From Tubiluchus corallicola (lineage: Eukaryota; Animalia; Priapulida), in the NCBI GenBank assembly GCA_030141605.1, contig JAQGDQ010000585.1, positions 25,310 to 89,309 of the forward strand: a stretch of DNA of 64,000 nucleotides. The letters are read 5' to 3'. The position numbers and the translations under genes are program-made. The notes below the pieces were generated by a model. The model worked only from the letters and a program-made list of their open reading frames with translations, searched no databases and was not told the origin of the DNA. Below, piece by piece: positions 36,601-48,857 of the stretch (position 1 is the stretch's first letter; every line of letters starts with the position of its first letter).

Positions 36601-39600
36601 CAATGAAATTCCATCTTTCTCAAAACTCGCTATACACTTTACACTTGTAATTTTCTTTTTAATTTTCTCTCCAATTTCAGCAAGCTCTAATGTGAATCAA
36701 AAAGGGCCTTTGGCAATTGTTTTTGAATATTTTTTACATTGGAACAGACAGAAAAGCTAGAAAAGAAGTGCAAAATGAGCCTGGCACAATGTCTTTCGAT
36801 TACCAACTGAAATTCAGAGAAACATTTTGTGCTTGCATTTTGGAAACGCATTACACAAAAACAGGTGCTGTACCTCTCAGTTCAAATGTGTTAGTTAGTG
36901 ACAAACTACACACGTTTGACAGCTCTCTCATGAGCATAGCAGTAAATTTTAATTTAAATTTTTATCTTAAAACCTGCCTAGTTTTAGTACACTGAATATC
37001 TTACAGTAGCACTGTACTTCAATTTTTGCTGTTGAAAATTATGTTAGTTTGTGATGTCTTCAATAGTTAGGCTTGCCTGCCATTAATTAAGTTTTTAATA
37101 TGTTATTTAATGATCAGAAACGCTTTACAGTATTAATTATGTTAAAATGTATACTTTTTATCGGACACTTTAAATGGGGTAGTATGTGAAAAATCATCCT
37201 GTGTTCCTTCAAAGAATTTAGTATCATTCTTGTCATAAAACCTACATTCATATCTTAGAGTTGGAAACTATGCTCTTGATCTTGATTGCCTACATTATAA
37301 ATGGATGTATCTGAGCTGGCTATTCCAATCATAATACATAGCTAAGCACAAACTAGAATTATTTAATATTACAATAATAATTTTAAAATTTTTTTGTAAC
37401 AAATTAATGACATACAGTACTAAGCAGTTGTCTCTGCAATCACAGAATGTTTTTTCGCGAATGTGGGAAAAGAACTGACACCAACCTACCATTGCCGTGA
37501 TCATAGACTGCAAACATTTACACTACAGAACGCATTTTACAATCATAAGCTGATCGTATATTTTTTATAGTCAGTAGCGACAGTTTCTGCTCGAGTTTGA
37601 GCTAGCCAGCACACAATGTGTACGTGTTTTAAACAAATTTATTTAAATATACTGAATTGTCAATAAAACAGCAAGCTGTTGAACTCATGATTCTTCCGAT
37701 GTGTACTTCTGATTCAGCTTGTTTATGTGCTTTGTCTCAATTTGACAAATCTAAATAATTTACAACTTACAAATTCTTCAAAAATTCATCAGGGGAGTCG
37801 GGGACTATAACAAAACGGGGTATCATGATTCTAACTATGTTGGTAGTGACATTTCAGAAGCAGAAACTTTGACCCTTTGACAATAGCAGAATGCTGCAGA
37901 AATGCTAATAAGTACGGAATTCTCATCAAATAGACTGGGGAAGGAGTATGGCCAAGTGGTAACGATAAGATGCTGGATACTAACAGATAACCAAGCTTTA
38001 TGAAAAAAGACAAAGAACACAACTTACCAAGCAACTGTACAGCGTCGTGAAGAAACGATACAGACGTTTTGCAGGATTATGAGATTTTTTGTCGGCATTG
38101 CACAGCCACTGCAAAGCACTTATACTGAAAATTAATAATAAATTCTGTCTACATAAATGTTAGTAGCACATAAGATTGATAACAGTAGGAATATGCACAT
38201 TGTTCAGTTCAGATACTGCAAAACTGACATTAAACAGCTACTTGTGCTCCACTAAGTGTGCTAACATTCTCTGATATTTCTGTACAAAAATAACTACCTA
38301 GCTACTGAGAGCCGATTTAGTACATATTGTACTGAACACCCATTTCACAGCAAAATGTAAGTTTCTGTTGAAGCTATGTTATGCATCTGGCTATATAAAA
38401 GCGGTGGTCTCTGCACTTTTACTGGTCCAGTTAGTGTAATCCCAGTGTAAACTCTATTTGATCATTATTTTTTAATCTACTTCATGTAATTTGCCAATAA
38501 AGGTATCGTTTTTCTTACACATCGTGGTTTCTTGGATGGATATCAGACGAGTTATAGTTTGCTTGGCTTCCGCATCTGCTGGTACCGAACAACCTGGGTA
38601 GTTTTAGCCCTTGTGGGCGAGGTACCGAATGCAGTTCAATGTAACCAAATTATTCTATTAATTTTACAGGAGGTATAAATGACACAAAACATCTTGGTAC
38701 AGGCAATACAAAGTATAAAACATTTACAGCATTATGGACTTTTTTATCAATAACTTATCAATTGCAAAATAAGCGAAGTTGTTGCAAAGTTGTTCACAGA
38801 TAAACGAAAAAAATTCTCCAAATGTTCGACGGATATCCAACGTTGCTAGTCTGAAGCCAAGAACAGAAATGACTTCAAGTAGAACTCTCTGGGTAATTTC
38901 CCTGCTAGAAAATTCGTATTACAGCTGTACAGGTCCAATGATGCATCAGACTGTATTTGGTTGTGGTTAGCACCCAATATTTGATTTTAATTTTTTTTTG
39001 AATTTGAGATTTATTGTACTTTTATCTCAACAGTATGTTTTTCTGCTTTAACAAACAGTATTGGTCCCAGTTAATGTTTGTTTATTTATAGTCAATTAGT
39101 AGTTTTTGGAGTGTAAAAAAGTTACCAGTACTTTGCTCATATGGCCAGGTTGTATCAACGGCTGTGCGGCAGAATTCAGAACTGATACTGTACACTACTG
39201 TACAGACAAATTTAGGAAAGATGCCTGTCCATCACATAACCTCTGTCCTCTTTTTTTCTCAAGACAATGTAATAAAATTTGTTCCTAACCATCGTTGTTT
39301 AATTACACGATTTATTAAATAATAATTCTTACTCTACAACGGCTGTTTATCCTCCTCACTACCGATTACATGTACAAGAACCTGGTGCAATAATCAACGC
39401 GGATTTTTTTTCTGTCAGGCTAATTCAGTGCAGTTAAATTCTTTGTCAGCACAAAAACTGCATGGCAATTGCAACTACCAAAATTTCATTATTACAAAAT
39501 GGTGACATTATAAACTCTCACATTTAACTGTGAAATTACGAAAAAAAAAACTCTTACAGTAAGAGAATGTATGCAGCCCCTAAGTTGAGTTAAAACCTCT

Positions 39601-42600
39601 ACGAATGTTAATTGTTGCAAATGTTGTGAAACTGTGATTGATTTTTTTGACCTGTTTGAATTGTCTGTTTGTCAACTGTTAAAGTCTTGTACTACTGTGT
39701 TGTCTATTATAATAGTTTAATGCATTTTCATTTTAATTTATCTGTCATTTTGCATACAATAGCAAAAGGCTTCATGTATTTTGATATTGATAACAAATAC
39801 ATATATTTCTTTAGTTCATAACACAATTTTTATTATAAATTCATAATACATATAATTCATAAACATGTCTCGCAACAAGCTGCTAAATAACTCGATTAGC
39901 TAAATAAATATTTAATGTCATACAAATAGGGGTGGTTGCTAGGTGACCTCTTGGTCTTACACCAGCCTGTCTCAATGTAGTGTTTATCATCTTAAAGAAA
40001 CATTGTATATTATTATAAGTGTAAATTTAAATGAAACAAATAGAATTTAATCTAATTTAATCATATTCTAGCTTATTGGTCAAAATGGAGTGCACAAGGA
40101 ATACTGCATCATTAATAACCTACCTGATTGCACCATCAAAGACTCCAGCCTGAAATGGAACACCTTGACCCATGTCCATCAGAATCAAATCACCTTCAAC
40201 TTCCCTGTCTTGAGCTACAGCTACAAAATGAACAAAAATCGATTAGACAAAGGGTAAATGTGCGTCTGTGGCCATTTTTCTCAATTGGCCATATGGCCGA
40301 TGTTGCTACGTAATTACAGTAGTCAAATTTAGATTGTTTTTATTTAATATCGAGGTCAAAATTGGAACTGAAAAGCTTACCCAGCATAGAAGGGCTTATA
40401 TCTAGTCCAACCCATGTATGTCCTTGATCGGTCAGCGTTTCGCCACTCAGACCTGAACCACAACTAAAAAACCGACAATAAAACGGTTAACAGTTAATGT
40501 CCTACACACAAACACAGAATTTTCCAAGTGAGCCTTGAAAAAAAACAAATAATAAATCCAATTAAAAATGAATAAAAAGGATAATTCCAGCTGAAGAAAA
40601 ATTGATACTAAATTATTCAGCACCCAGCAAGTTGGAAAATGGACAGAAGGTAGAAAAAGTAGTTCCGGGTAATTATTATGTCTAGGATGCTGCCTGTTGC
40701 CTACTGACCTCTAAAAGAGGTTACATATCTGAACATGGTAAAACACATCTCTGCCGGTTCAGTGCCTCAGTTGGCTTACAATAATTGCTCTTACAATAAA
40801 GAAACAGAGTGCAGCCCTGCCACCTACCACAACCATTATGTTACAGTAACAGCTAGCATACCTGCCACCTACCACAACCATTATGTTACAGTAACAGCTA
40901 GCATACTTCAAAACTGCTTACCCAAGATCAAGAATCATGGAAGGCACATCATCTGGAAGAGCTAACAATTCAATGGCTCTCTCCGACATCTTCAGTTGGA
41001 TATCAATCATACGAGAACTGAAACACACAAGGGAAACCTCTACTAAATGCCTCAGAGATGTGAGTAAATTACTCGGTCAATGATTCAGTAAAAGCTGTCA
41101 TTAATAAATAAATAAATTTTCATAACATGCCACGAAAACAGGCCAATGCATACATAAAATATGCGAGAAAGAAAATAGCAAAGTGGTGAAGAGGTGCATT
41201 AATTAATGAACATTAGACAACACTAAGCTTAGATAGCAAATGGATGGGTGAAACCGAGACCGATACTCATTTGAACAGACCATGTCTAGTTCTCTCGTTA
41301 AGGGAGTAGGGGATGTATAAACGATAAAATGTGACTGAGACACTTCTACTGGTTCAGTGTCTCAACTTGTCTTAAATAATAATATTATGTGCAGGACTTA
41401 CTATGGTCGTCATAAAAAGATAGGGCCAGCACTGACTGCTGAATTCTGACGTTCACTGCTGCAGTGCATAGAAAGTAAATTTTATCACTTAAATTGATTC
41501 TTCCTCAATTTTACAATCCTTCAACCTGATAATAATAACAAAACTCAAATCTCTTTTTTCAGATTAGAAGGTGCAAATTGAAAATACAGAGCTATTTTAA
41601 AAAAGGAAATGCAGCAATCCTTTACATTGTTTTTTTTTCGGAAACAGCAGATACGTTCAAACGCCACAGGTTTTAAAACTCTGGCATTAGAGAAAGCTTC
41701 TGCCGTACTCAAAAAGCTCTATAGTAAAACAATGGTGCTTTTATTTAATTAATTAGCAGTCGCAGCACAGTTTCAATAACTGTAACCTTTCTGTTTGCTA
41801 ATTTGTTATTCCTACCACTCCCAAAATCTTCTTTTTATGAAAAGCAAATGTTAAACGTATTGGACTTTTTTATTCTAGCATCAAATTCTGAAGAAAATGT
41901 TAAAAATACTAAAAATCTAATTTTTAACCCCCTACCAACTTTTCCGGCTAGAAACTAGTGCTGCAATTGTAAAAAAACTTCCAGACTCTGATTGCAGCTC
42001 ATGGAATTTGTCATTTTGTTTCAGGTTTTTAGAACCACACCCAAACCCAGAACTTCATCAGGAAGAGCCATTTGCTGGATTAAAACACGGTTTTAAAAGG
42101 GGGAGAAAGGTTTAAAGTGAAATATAAAATTTCAATCAGCATTGTAGACTATAACAAAGTTATTTTTCTTAGACAATGTAACAGTGTTGTATTTTAAATT
42201 GTAGCTTTTTCTTTGTTGCTGCTTTAATTAAATTTTAGATTATATAGGAGCTTAAATTACAAACAGAAAATAAAATAATTATACTAATCTGTAAAACAGG
42301 GAACTTGAGAGTTGCCTTGTTGGAAGAAATAAAGAAAAATACACCACATAAGTTTGAACTCGTCAAGTTCCCTTTCTCCACTCTATTTAAATTTTGATTC
42401 GTCAACTGACTACATTATGTAAATCATGATTATGCGTGAAATAAAATTCTTATGTCTTATACAATACAGGGGAGTGCTGTTACACTAATTAGTTGTATCA
42501 TACTTACTTCGAAGTATACTTTCTCGCTTCCTCCTCATTATAAAACTGCAAACAGATAAATGAAAAACAGTAATTAAAAATGAACTCATAATGTAACTGA

Positions 42601-42890
42601 TCAACGCCTCGGCCACCTAATTACACACTAAAAAACTTACTCAGCAAAATTGCTTGATATAAAAAGTTAGAAAACCGTTTAAAGCATTAAAACGTTAAAT
42701 TTAGAAATAAGTAACAAAAGTGCCGAAGTAGAACAGCATTTACAACACAGAAAACATGTTTATTTATACTGAATTACTAAAAGAAGAGCTTAAATCACGA
42801 TTTAGTGCTTATTGGCATTTAAGTTTGTTAAACTTTTTAAACATAACTTACAATTTCAGGAGGTGCTTGATGTTCAGGTCTTGAAGACAT
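33657..42890 (-). CDS. BUD23: 18S rRNA guanine-N7 methyltransferase BUD23/WBSCR22 (10 exons, 276 aa)
   Basis: Exons 42890-42852, 42545-42508, 41017-40922, 40463-40381, 40220-40124, 38124-38028, 36504-36362, 35084-34992, 34842-34753, 33711-33657 (831 nt, all GT-AG). Translation [133 protein letters not shown]. Confidence 0.97.
34140..34420. repeat. Fragment of the same MITE family as 4110-4975
   Basis: Shares caagtagctcgcaa, gttact..ccgacagtaag, ctctattcac..tgagaagtg and tttgcaataacttgctgacag. Confidence 0.65.
35277..35735. mobile_element. hAT-family MITE in BUD23 intron 7
   Basis: CAGGGGTGTG...CACACCCCTG termini, a perfect 8-bp target duplication GATTATAG (35269-35276 and 35736-35743), and internal gcggccc/gtggccc motifs. 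Confidence 0.92.
40816..40905. repeat. Perfect 45-bp tandem duplication near the BUD23 exon 3 donor
   Basis: cctgccacctaccacaaccattatgttacagtaacagctagcata occurs twice. Confidence 0.95.
41830..42090. repeat. Dispersed repeat (second copy at about 52840-53120)
   Basis: Both share tttttatgaaaa..caaatg..tattctagcatcaaatt..aaaatactaaaaatctaattt..ctagaaactagt.ctgca and tcagga..gccat.t.ctggatt. Confidence 0.75.
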
Positions 42891-43811
42891 GATAAAAGTC
42901 ACATTAAAAGTAGTGAAATAATATCTCAAACCTTTCTCAAATAATGATCTGTGGACAAGTACTGTAAACTTAGTGTAAGCTGTAGTTACTGTACACACGT
43001 GCTGAAACCAGACACATTCAAGTGATGACATCTACTTTATAAAAAATAAAGGCGTTTCTAAAAGAGATAATCTGTTACTAACATAACTTTACTGAAAATA
43101 TTTTTGCAATCAGTGTATCTACTACATATTTTGACAATTGCTTTACGAGCTAAAAAAATTTATAATTGTCTTATTCGTTTTTTATCTTTGTTGGTCTGGA
43201 CGGCGGCAGTAACTACCCGGATGTGTCATGTCAGCCCGCTATGTAAAACTCAAGGATATTACTGGTAGATTCAGCGTGATCTTAATAGAAATGAAAGTTG
43301 TGTATAATTGACTCCGCCAACTTTGACTTTTGACGTAAAATGCAAACGATAGAAATATTGTTTCTTGAATTTATCTCCGAGAATATTACAGTTGGAAAGA
43401 AAAGTCGGTGATTATAACGTAGGCTATGTTGTTTCCTCGGTGTCCACTCTATCTGGTTAGGTAGACACAAATGACTATCACCGTGTAAGACACTGTGGTA
43501 CACCGTAGTAAGTGGCTCCCTCTATAGCTAAAATAAGAGGTAGACGGATTGTACAACTTTGTTTACTTTTTCTAATTGTTTACATTCTAGTTTATGTTTA
43601 TATTTTACAGGCTTCAGTTTTGCACACTCAACAAATATCAGAGTGAGTTTTAAAACTTCAAAATGATCTGGAACAGAAGGCATTGCTAGCTTAGTAACAA
43701 AATGAGTCATCGTGTTATAATTATAACAGAGTTGATTAAATGAAGCGTTAACTGCTGCTTCATCAGGGAAGTGAACAATGCATTGAATTCGAACAACTTT
43801 GGAGTGGAAAA
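42891..43811. promoter_or_regulatory. Putative bidirectional promoter and 5' UTR region shared by BUD23 and the DNAJC30-like gene
   Basis: The start codons diverge with 921 bp between them. A candidate plus-strand 5' UTR intron runs 43508 (gtaagt) to 43610 (ttttacag). Confidence 0.6.
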
Positions 43812-44525
43812 ATGGCTCAACCTTTTAAAGTGATTTCTAGAAATCTGATGACATCGTCGGTGGCTAGTTTCCGCAAAGCAGGACGCGCCGATTACTATGA
43901 AACCCTCGGCATCTCGCGGCTTGCTACACAGACTCAGATAAAATCTGCTTTTTACGAACTGTCAAAGAAATACCACCCCGATGTCAACCCCGATGATGCT
44001 GCCACTCATAAATTATATACAGAAATAACAGAAGCTTATCAGGTCTTGGGAAACTATTATGCCCGAAGGAAGTATGATATGGGTACGTTGTCACCAGATT
44101 ATGGCCATACAGGTGACGTTCACGATACCACACCTGTGCAGAGTAAACAACGTCAGGCAGGAACAGTGCGGAAGAAAGCGGGTCCCTTTCGCCCTGACGG
44201 TATGCCGGGTGGTGCTGCAAAACTGTTCAACTTTGAGATCTATCAGGATGTGCATTACACAAACACCATCAGAAGAGAGAGGCAAGCAAAGGAAAAGAAA
44301 TACGACACGGCGAGAACGACGCGACAAGATGAACAAATCGCACATGCAACAAAATCGCTGTTCTATTTCCTACTCATACTAACTGGTGTCATTGTAATTG
44401 GAGATTCATTCAAACTGTGGAGTGTTCTTGATATTGGCAGCAAGCAACCAGAACTGTACATTAAAACTAGAAAAAAAGAACTAGAAGATGAAGATCAACG
44501 TCACCAAGTCAGTGAGGACACTTAA
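43812..44525 (+). CDS. DNAJC30: DNAJC30-like J-domain co-chaperone (single coding exon, 237 aa)
   Basis: Basic, Ser/Arg-rich N-terminus resembling a mitochondrial presequence; J domain DYYETLG..IKSAFYELSKKYHPD..EAYQVLGN..RRKYD; FNFEIYQDVHY motif resembling DNAJC30 FNFDAFYQAHY; C-terminal transmembrane segment LFYFLLILTGVIVIG; adjacency to BUD23. Confidence 0.85.
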   Translation: MAQPFKVISRNLMTSSVASFRKAGRADYYETLGISRLATQTQIKSAFYELSKKYHPDVNPDDAATHKLYTEITEAYQVLGNYYARRKYDMGTLSPDYGHTGDVHDTTPVQSKQRQAGTVRKKAGPFRPDGMPGGAAKLFNFEIYQDVHYTNTIRRERQAKEKKYDTARTTRQDEQIAHATKSLFYFLLILTGVIVIGDSFKLWSVLDIGSKQPELYIKTRKKELEDEDQRHQVSEDT

Positions 44526-46289
44526 ACTAGTCATGGTTGTTCAGAACTGTGCTTTCATTTTCATGCCTAGAATTAGGCGACTCATTTACTACCTCGTATG
44601 AATCAGAATGGTGAGATTGTCTTGCTTTTAGGGCTTTGGTGACAACCAACTGTGACTGTGCCTTTACTCAGAAAATGTTAAAGTGCATAGCATTGACAGT
44701 AGCCTATTCGTGCCCTAGGGGCCTGTAATTTATTGCCAGACGTAGGACACTAATAATATAAGAAATACTGAGTGAAACTGGTCTTATGTTGGTAGTCTTT
44801 AACAAGGGCTTATTGCTATGTGACTTGGTTTATTCTTCCAAAATAGACCTTAAGGTGGCAGAAGTATCTTGGTTATACTCTGATGCACATACAGTGCCCC
44901 ACAATGAGAAAAATAGCTATAGACGGCTTGGCACTTTTCCTGCATGGTCACTCGTCCGTGTACTAACCAGCACCAGCATTGCCAGCATCAATGAACTTGT
45001 GAAACTTTGCTCACACTTTGACGACATATGAATGTTGTTGCAGAGGCAACAAATCTGGATCAGTCAAACCATGCTGCAGACAAATATTGTAGATGTGAAA
45101 ATAAACAACAAATATCAAAATTTAAATATAGAAAGGTGAAAACTAGCCAGACTCTTTTACTGCGTTCCTCATGCTGATCGTGACTATGGAGCAAGTACTT
45201 AGGTGGTAAACGCACCTGTCAGTCTTGCGACTGAACAGGCCATTCCTTATCAAGGATTTTATACCTTGTATTCAACACCACTATGCAATGGCTTCGTTTG
45301 GACAAGACCACCACAATGTAGAGGGGGTGGGTCGAAAATAAATGGCATTTTGCCCCGGTAACAATATTTTCCTTGCTGTGAAATGTTTGTTTTTCAATTC
45401 ACTTTGAGCTGTGTGTTCACCTGCTGTTGTTACAGTGATCACAATTAAGTTGCAGCAAATTTGGTTGCAATGATAATTTTGCACAAATCAAGAATCCTAG
45501 TCAGCAAAAGATACAACAAAAAGTCATAATGCCCGGGGCCATATTGGTATAGCCCAAGACCCCTCAAGCTTGGGGGTCTCAAATTTGAGGGGGGGGGCTG
45601 CTAAAAGATTTTCAAATAATTTTTTTAATAGTGAGTAGCCTATAATTTTTTAATACTTGGCAACTGAATAATTCATTTAACTTAAAATAAAATTTCAGGT
45701 TTAAAAAAAGCAGGCCTGTGAATCTGAAAACCCAAGTTAAAAAAGCTGCTCGTGTTTATGACCCTTATTTGAGATAAAAGGCCCGTGTTTGAGATTTTTA
45801 TTTCAGATAAATGGCCCCAGTTTCGAGCCCCATTTGTAAATCATGGGATCTCGGTCCACTTTTCGGGCAAGTTAGAGGCTGGGTCCGTCTGAATGGGAGC
45901 CCCATAATTTCATTAACCCAGCAGTCTCCCAGCGTCATAATCCGGCCCTTGCTAATGCCTTATATTTACTTAGTTTTAATGATGCATGAACTGTTACACA
46001 ATGCATAAGCAAAGTGCCATTGTTGTCACACTCAGCCAGTGAAATCATCTAATTGCGCTTACGCGAAGTTGCCATGCAGTTCTGAATTTTTCGACAACCT
46101 TTTCACACCCAATCTGTCTCTCACGTAGATATGCACACCTGCCAGTCGGATTCAAAGCTCAAACAATAGTCTGTATAATGTATCCAATATTTATAGTGAA
46201 ATCGTGATGGATCTTACATAGTAATTGTAAAACAACAGAAATATTTGCTATATAAACATTTATTTGAATAAAATAGAATGTTCCAGACA

Positions 46290-46605
46290 GTAAAATAATG
46301 ACTGAACAACTGTACATTTCAGATGTTATGTAGATATAGAATTTAAAAAATATAATGTAATAAAATATAATCAATAAAACTATTTATATAGGTGGGTTAT
46401 TGAAGCAAATTATTTTACTGGGACGATTAAACAATTACAATTGTTGAATTTTTCAGACGGGTAAAACAATAATGACTGAACAATTGTACATTTCAGATGT
46501 TATGTAGATATAGAATTTGAAAAATATAATGTAATAAAATAATTTATATAGGTGGGTTATTGAAGCAAATTATTTTACTGGGACGATTAAACAATTACAA
46601 TTGTT
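46290..46605. repeat. Local tandem duplication (about 140-155-bp unit, 2 copies)
   Basis: aataatgactgaacaa.tgtacatttcagatgttatgtagatatag...aaacaattacaattgttg occurs twice. Confidence 0.9.
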
Positions 46606-48857
46606 GTAAATTTTATCATCTTGTGACTCAAATTAAACCATAGTACTATGATTTAATAATCTTAACATTGACAATCAGTTGTTACATTTCTAGACCCATG
46701 CAATATGATGTAAGTTTTATCAATTTCTCAGCTGAACTATCATATCTCTAACTCAACTTAATTCGTATCTCACCTCTGATGAGTAAAGTAACTGTCGCAA
46801 GCAGTAGCGTTTAAAGGGTTAGGATCCCCAGGCACAATAGCTAGGGTGTTTTTCTGGGAGCGCTGCAAGCTCCGCCAGTGGGGTCCAAAAACCGACACAA
46901 AGATGCATTCTTTTAACAAAACAACCAATATGTACTTGTCACCTTGACACATTAGACGACAAGTGATTTCACAGGCCCCCGGAGAAACTAAGTATCTGGA
47001 AGATAACGTAACAGTAGAATGATATTACACTAGGCCTTCTTAGTCACTTAATAATCAATTAACGACAATCAATAATCAAGCAATTTCTGCTGCTGTAAAC
47101 TTACATTTTTTCTCTAATTACCCAGTTTAGTTTTCAAGTCAAGAGTTAAGCAAAGTTGACTTTAATAAGTAAGAATTGCAGCAAACACAGAAACTGAAAG
47201 AATTACTAGAATAAACTACGTATTCAGTGACAAAGTGAGAGTGTCCAACTTATACATAAATTTACTATTTTTAAAGGGTATTTGCTTCTCGAAACTAAAC
47301 GCATTTGTCCCAATGCAAAAGAGCACTTTTCGTGAAACATGATTGCGGCATAGGTGCAGACTTTTTTATCTATAAGCTGTCATTACACATACGTACAGCA
47401 CAGACACAATGTAAATTAGACACCTCGATAAGCTTAAAATGAGATTGATCACCGATGTCAAAACAATACAAAATAAAAATCAGTAAAAACACGATATTTC
47501 TAGACTAGGGTAATTCAGATCAACAAGCAGAAAGAAACCCAATTACATTTTGATGAGACACATTGAAAATATACTTCCAGTACAATAACATGAGAAAAAA
47601 TAATTAAAATAGCAAAGATTAATCTGAACTATGTAATGAGAATCGCTAATTATAATAAGAAATATTGAATAACACCAGACAGTCTTAAACTGGTAATAAA
47701 ACACATGGCATTAACCAGACCAGCTAGAAAGTGGAAAAATTTTACGTGTTAGCCAAGGCAGACATATGCATAAAAGGTCTGTACCAGATAGTGTCCATAA
47801 CCCTATATAATAAAATACATGTCGGCTTAAAAGAAATACGATGAAAACTAGCCGATGTTTTTCAGCCAAAAACATTATAACTCAAACTCTATTGCAATAC
47901 AGGGCAAATGAATTTAATGTCAATAAACTATTACTATCAAAGGTGTAGAAACAGACAAATGCTATGGTTTTTCTAGCAATAATGCAAGCTTTCTGTACTT
48001 AACTCAAGTTGTTGGCTACAAGTTATTATAAAATGGATTTGACTGGCATTGTTTGTTATATGGTAAGCAATGATAACCATTGAAAATTAAACGACATGAA
48101 ATTTCTCTAGCGTTTTAATGCAACCATGAACGTTTCTGACATTTTTGTCGGCTTCAAAGAACTTCAGTTGAATCTCAACTAACTTTCTTGAAACAGAAAA
48201 AAATGATTAGAAGATTCAAATGCCATGTTTGATATAAATTTGCACAAACAATTAAATGGTAAACAATTTGCTAGTTAATACAATAAACAATAGTAAACAA
48301 CACATGATACTCAATGCATTCTGAATATAATGGTTTCCATGCCAACTCCCTATTGAGTAAATTATCAGAGATTGTCAGATATCAAATTATAAAAATACTG
48401 AGATTAAAAATATCACATAATAGCATACAAATTCAAATGAAATAGTTGCATGTCGTAAGGTAAAACACAAAATACATCACCACTTTAATTATGAGCACTT
48501 ATTAAAGAAATAATAAAAACTTTTAAATAAATATTATTCTAATTATGATATAAACAAGATTGATAAAACGATACGGTAAAATATAATACTGGAAGCAAAA
48601 CGACGGAGAAAGAACAAGACATATAAAGATAATAAAACAGAAAAAAAAAATATATCATAACAATGTTCAAATTTTCCCAATGTAGACTTGGCATCACCAA
48701 ACCGGAAAATACATACATTTAAAACTTACAAGACAGTCTGAAAATATTAGTGTTTTGGTTTTTTAATCTTTGGCATTTGTGACTATCATGTCATGTATTA
48801 CACACCATTCCATTGAATTATGGAGGTTATTCACACCTCAGAAGCCAAGCATACCTT

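Noticed and set aside
43433-43493. U7 snRNA or spliced-leader RNA identity for the shared 61-bp element
   Set aside because: No canonical Sm site and no complement to the histone downstream element; kept only as an unassigned element.
43984-44382. Three ORFs overlapping the DNAJC30-like gene
   Set aside because: Alternative-frame or antisense shadows without motifs.
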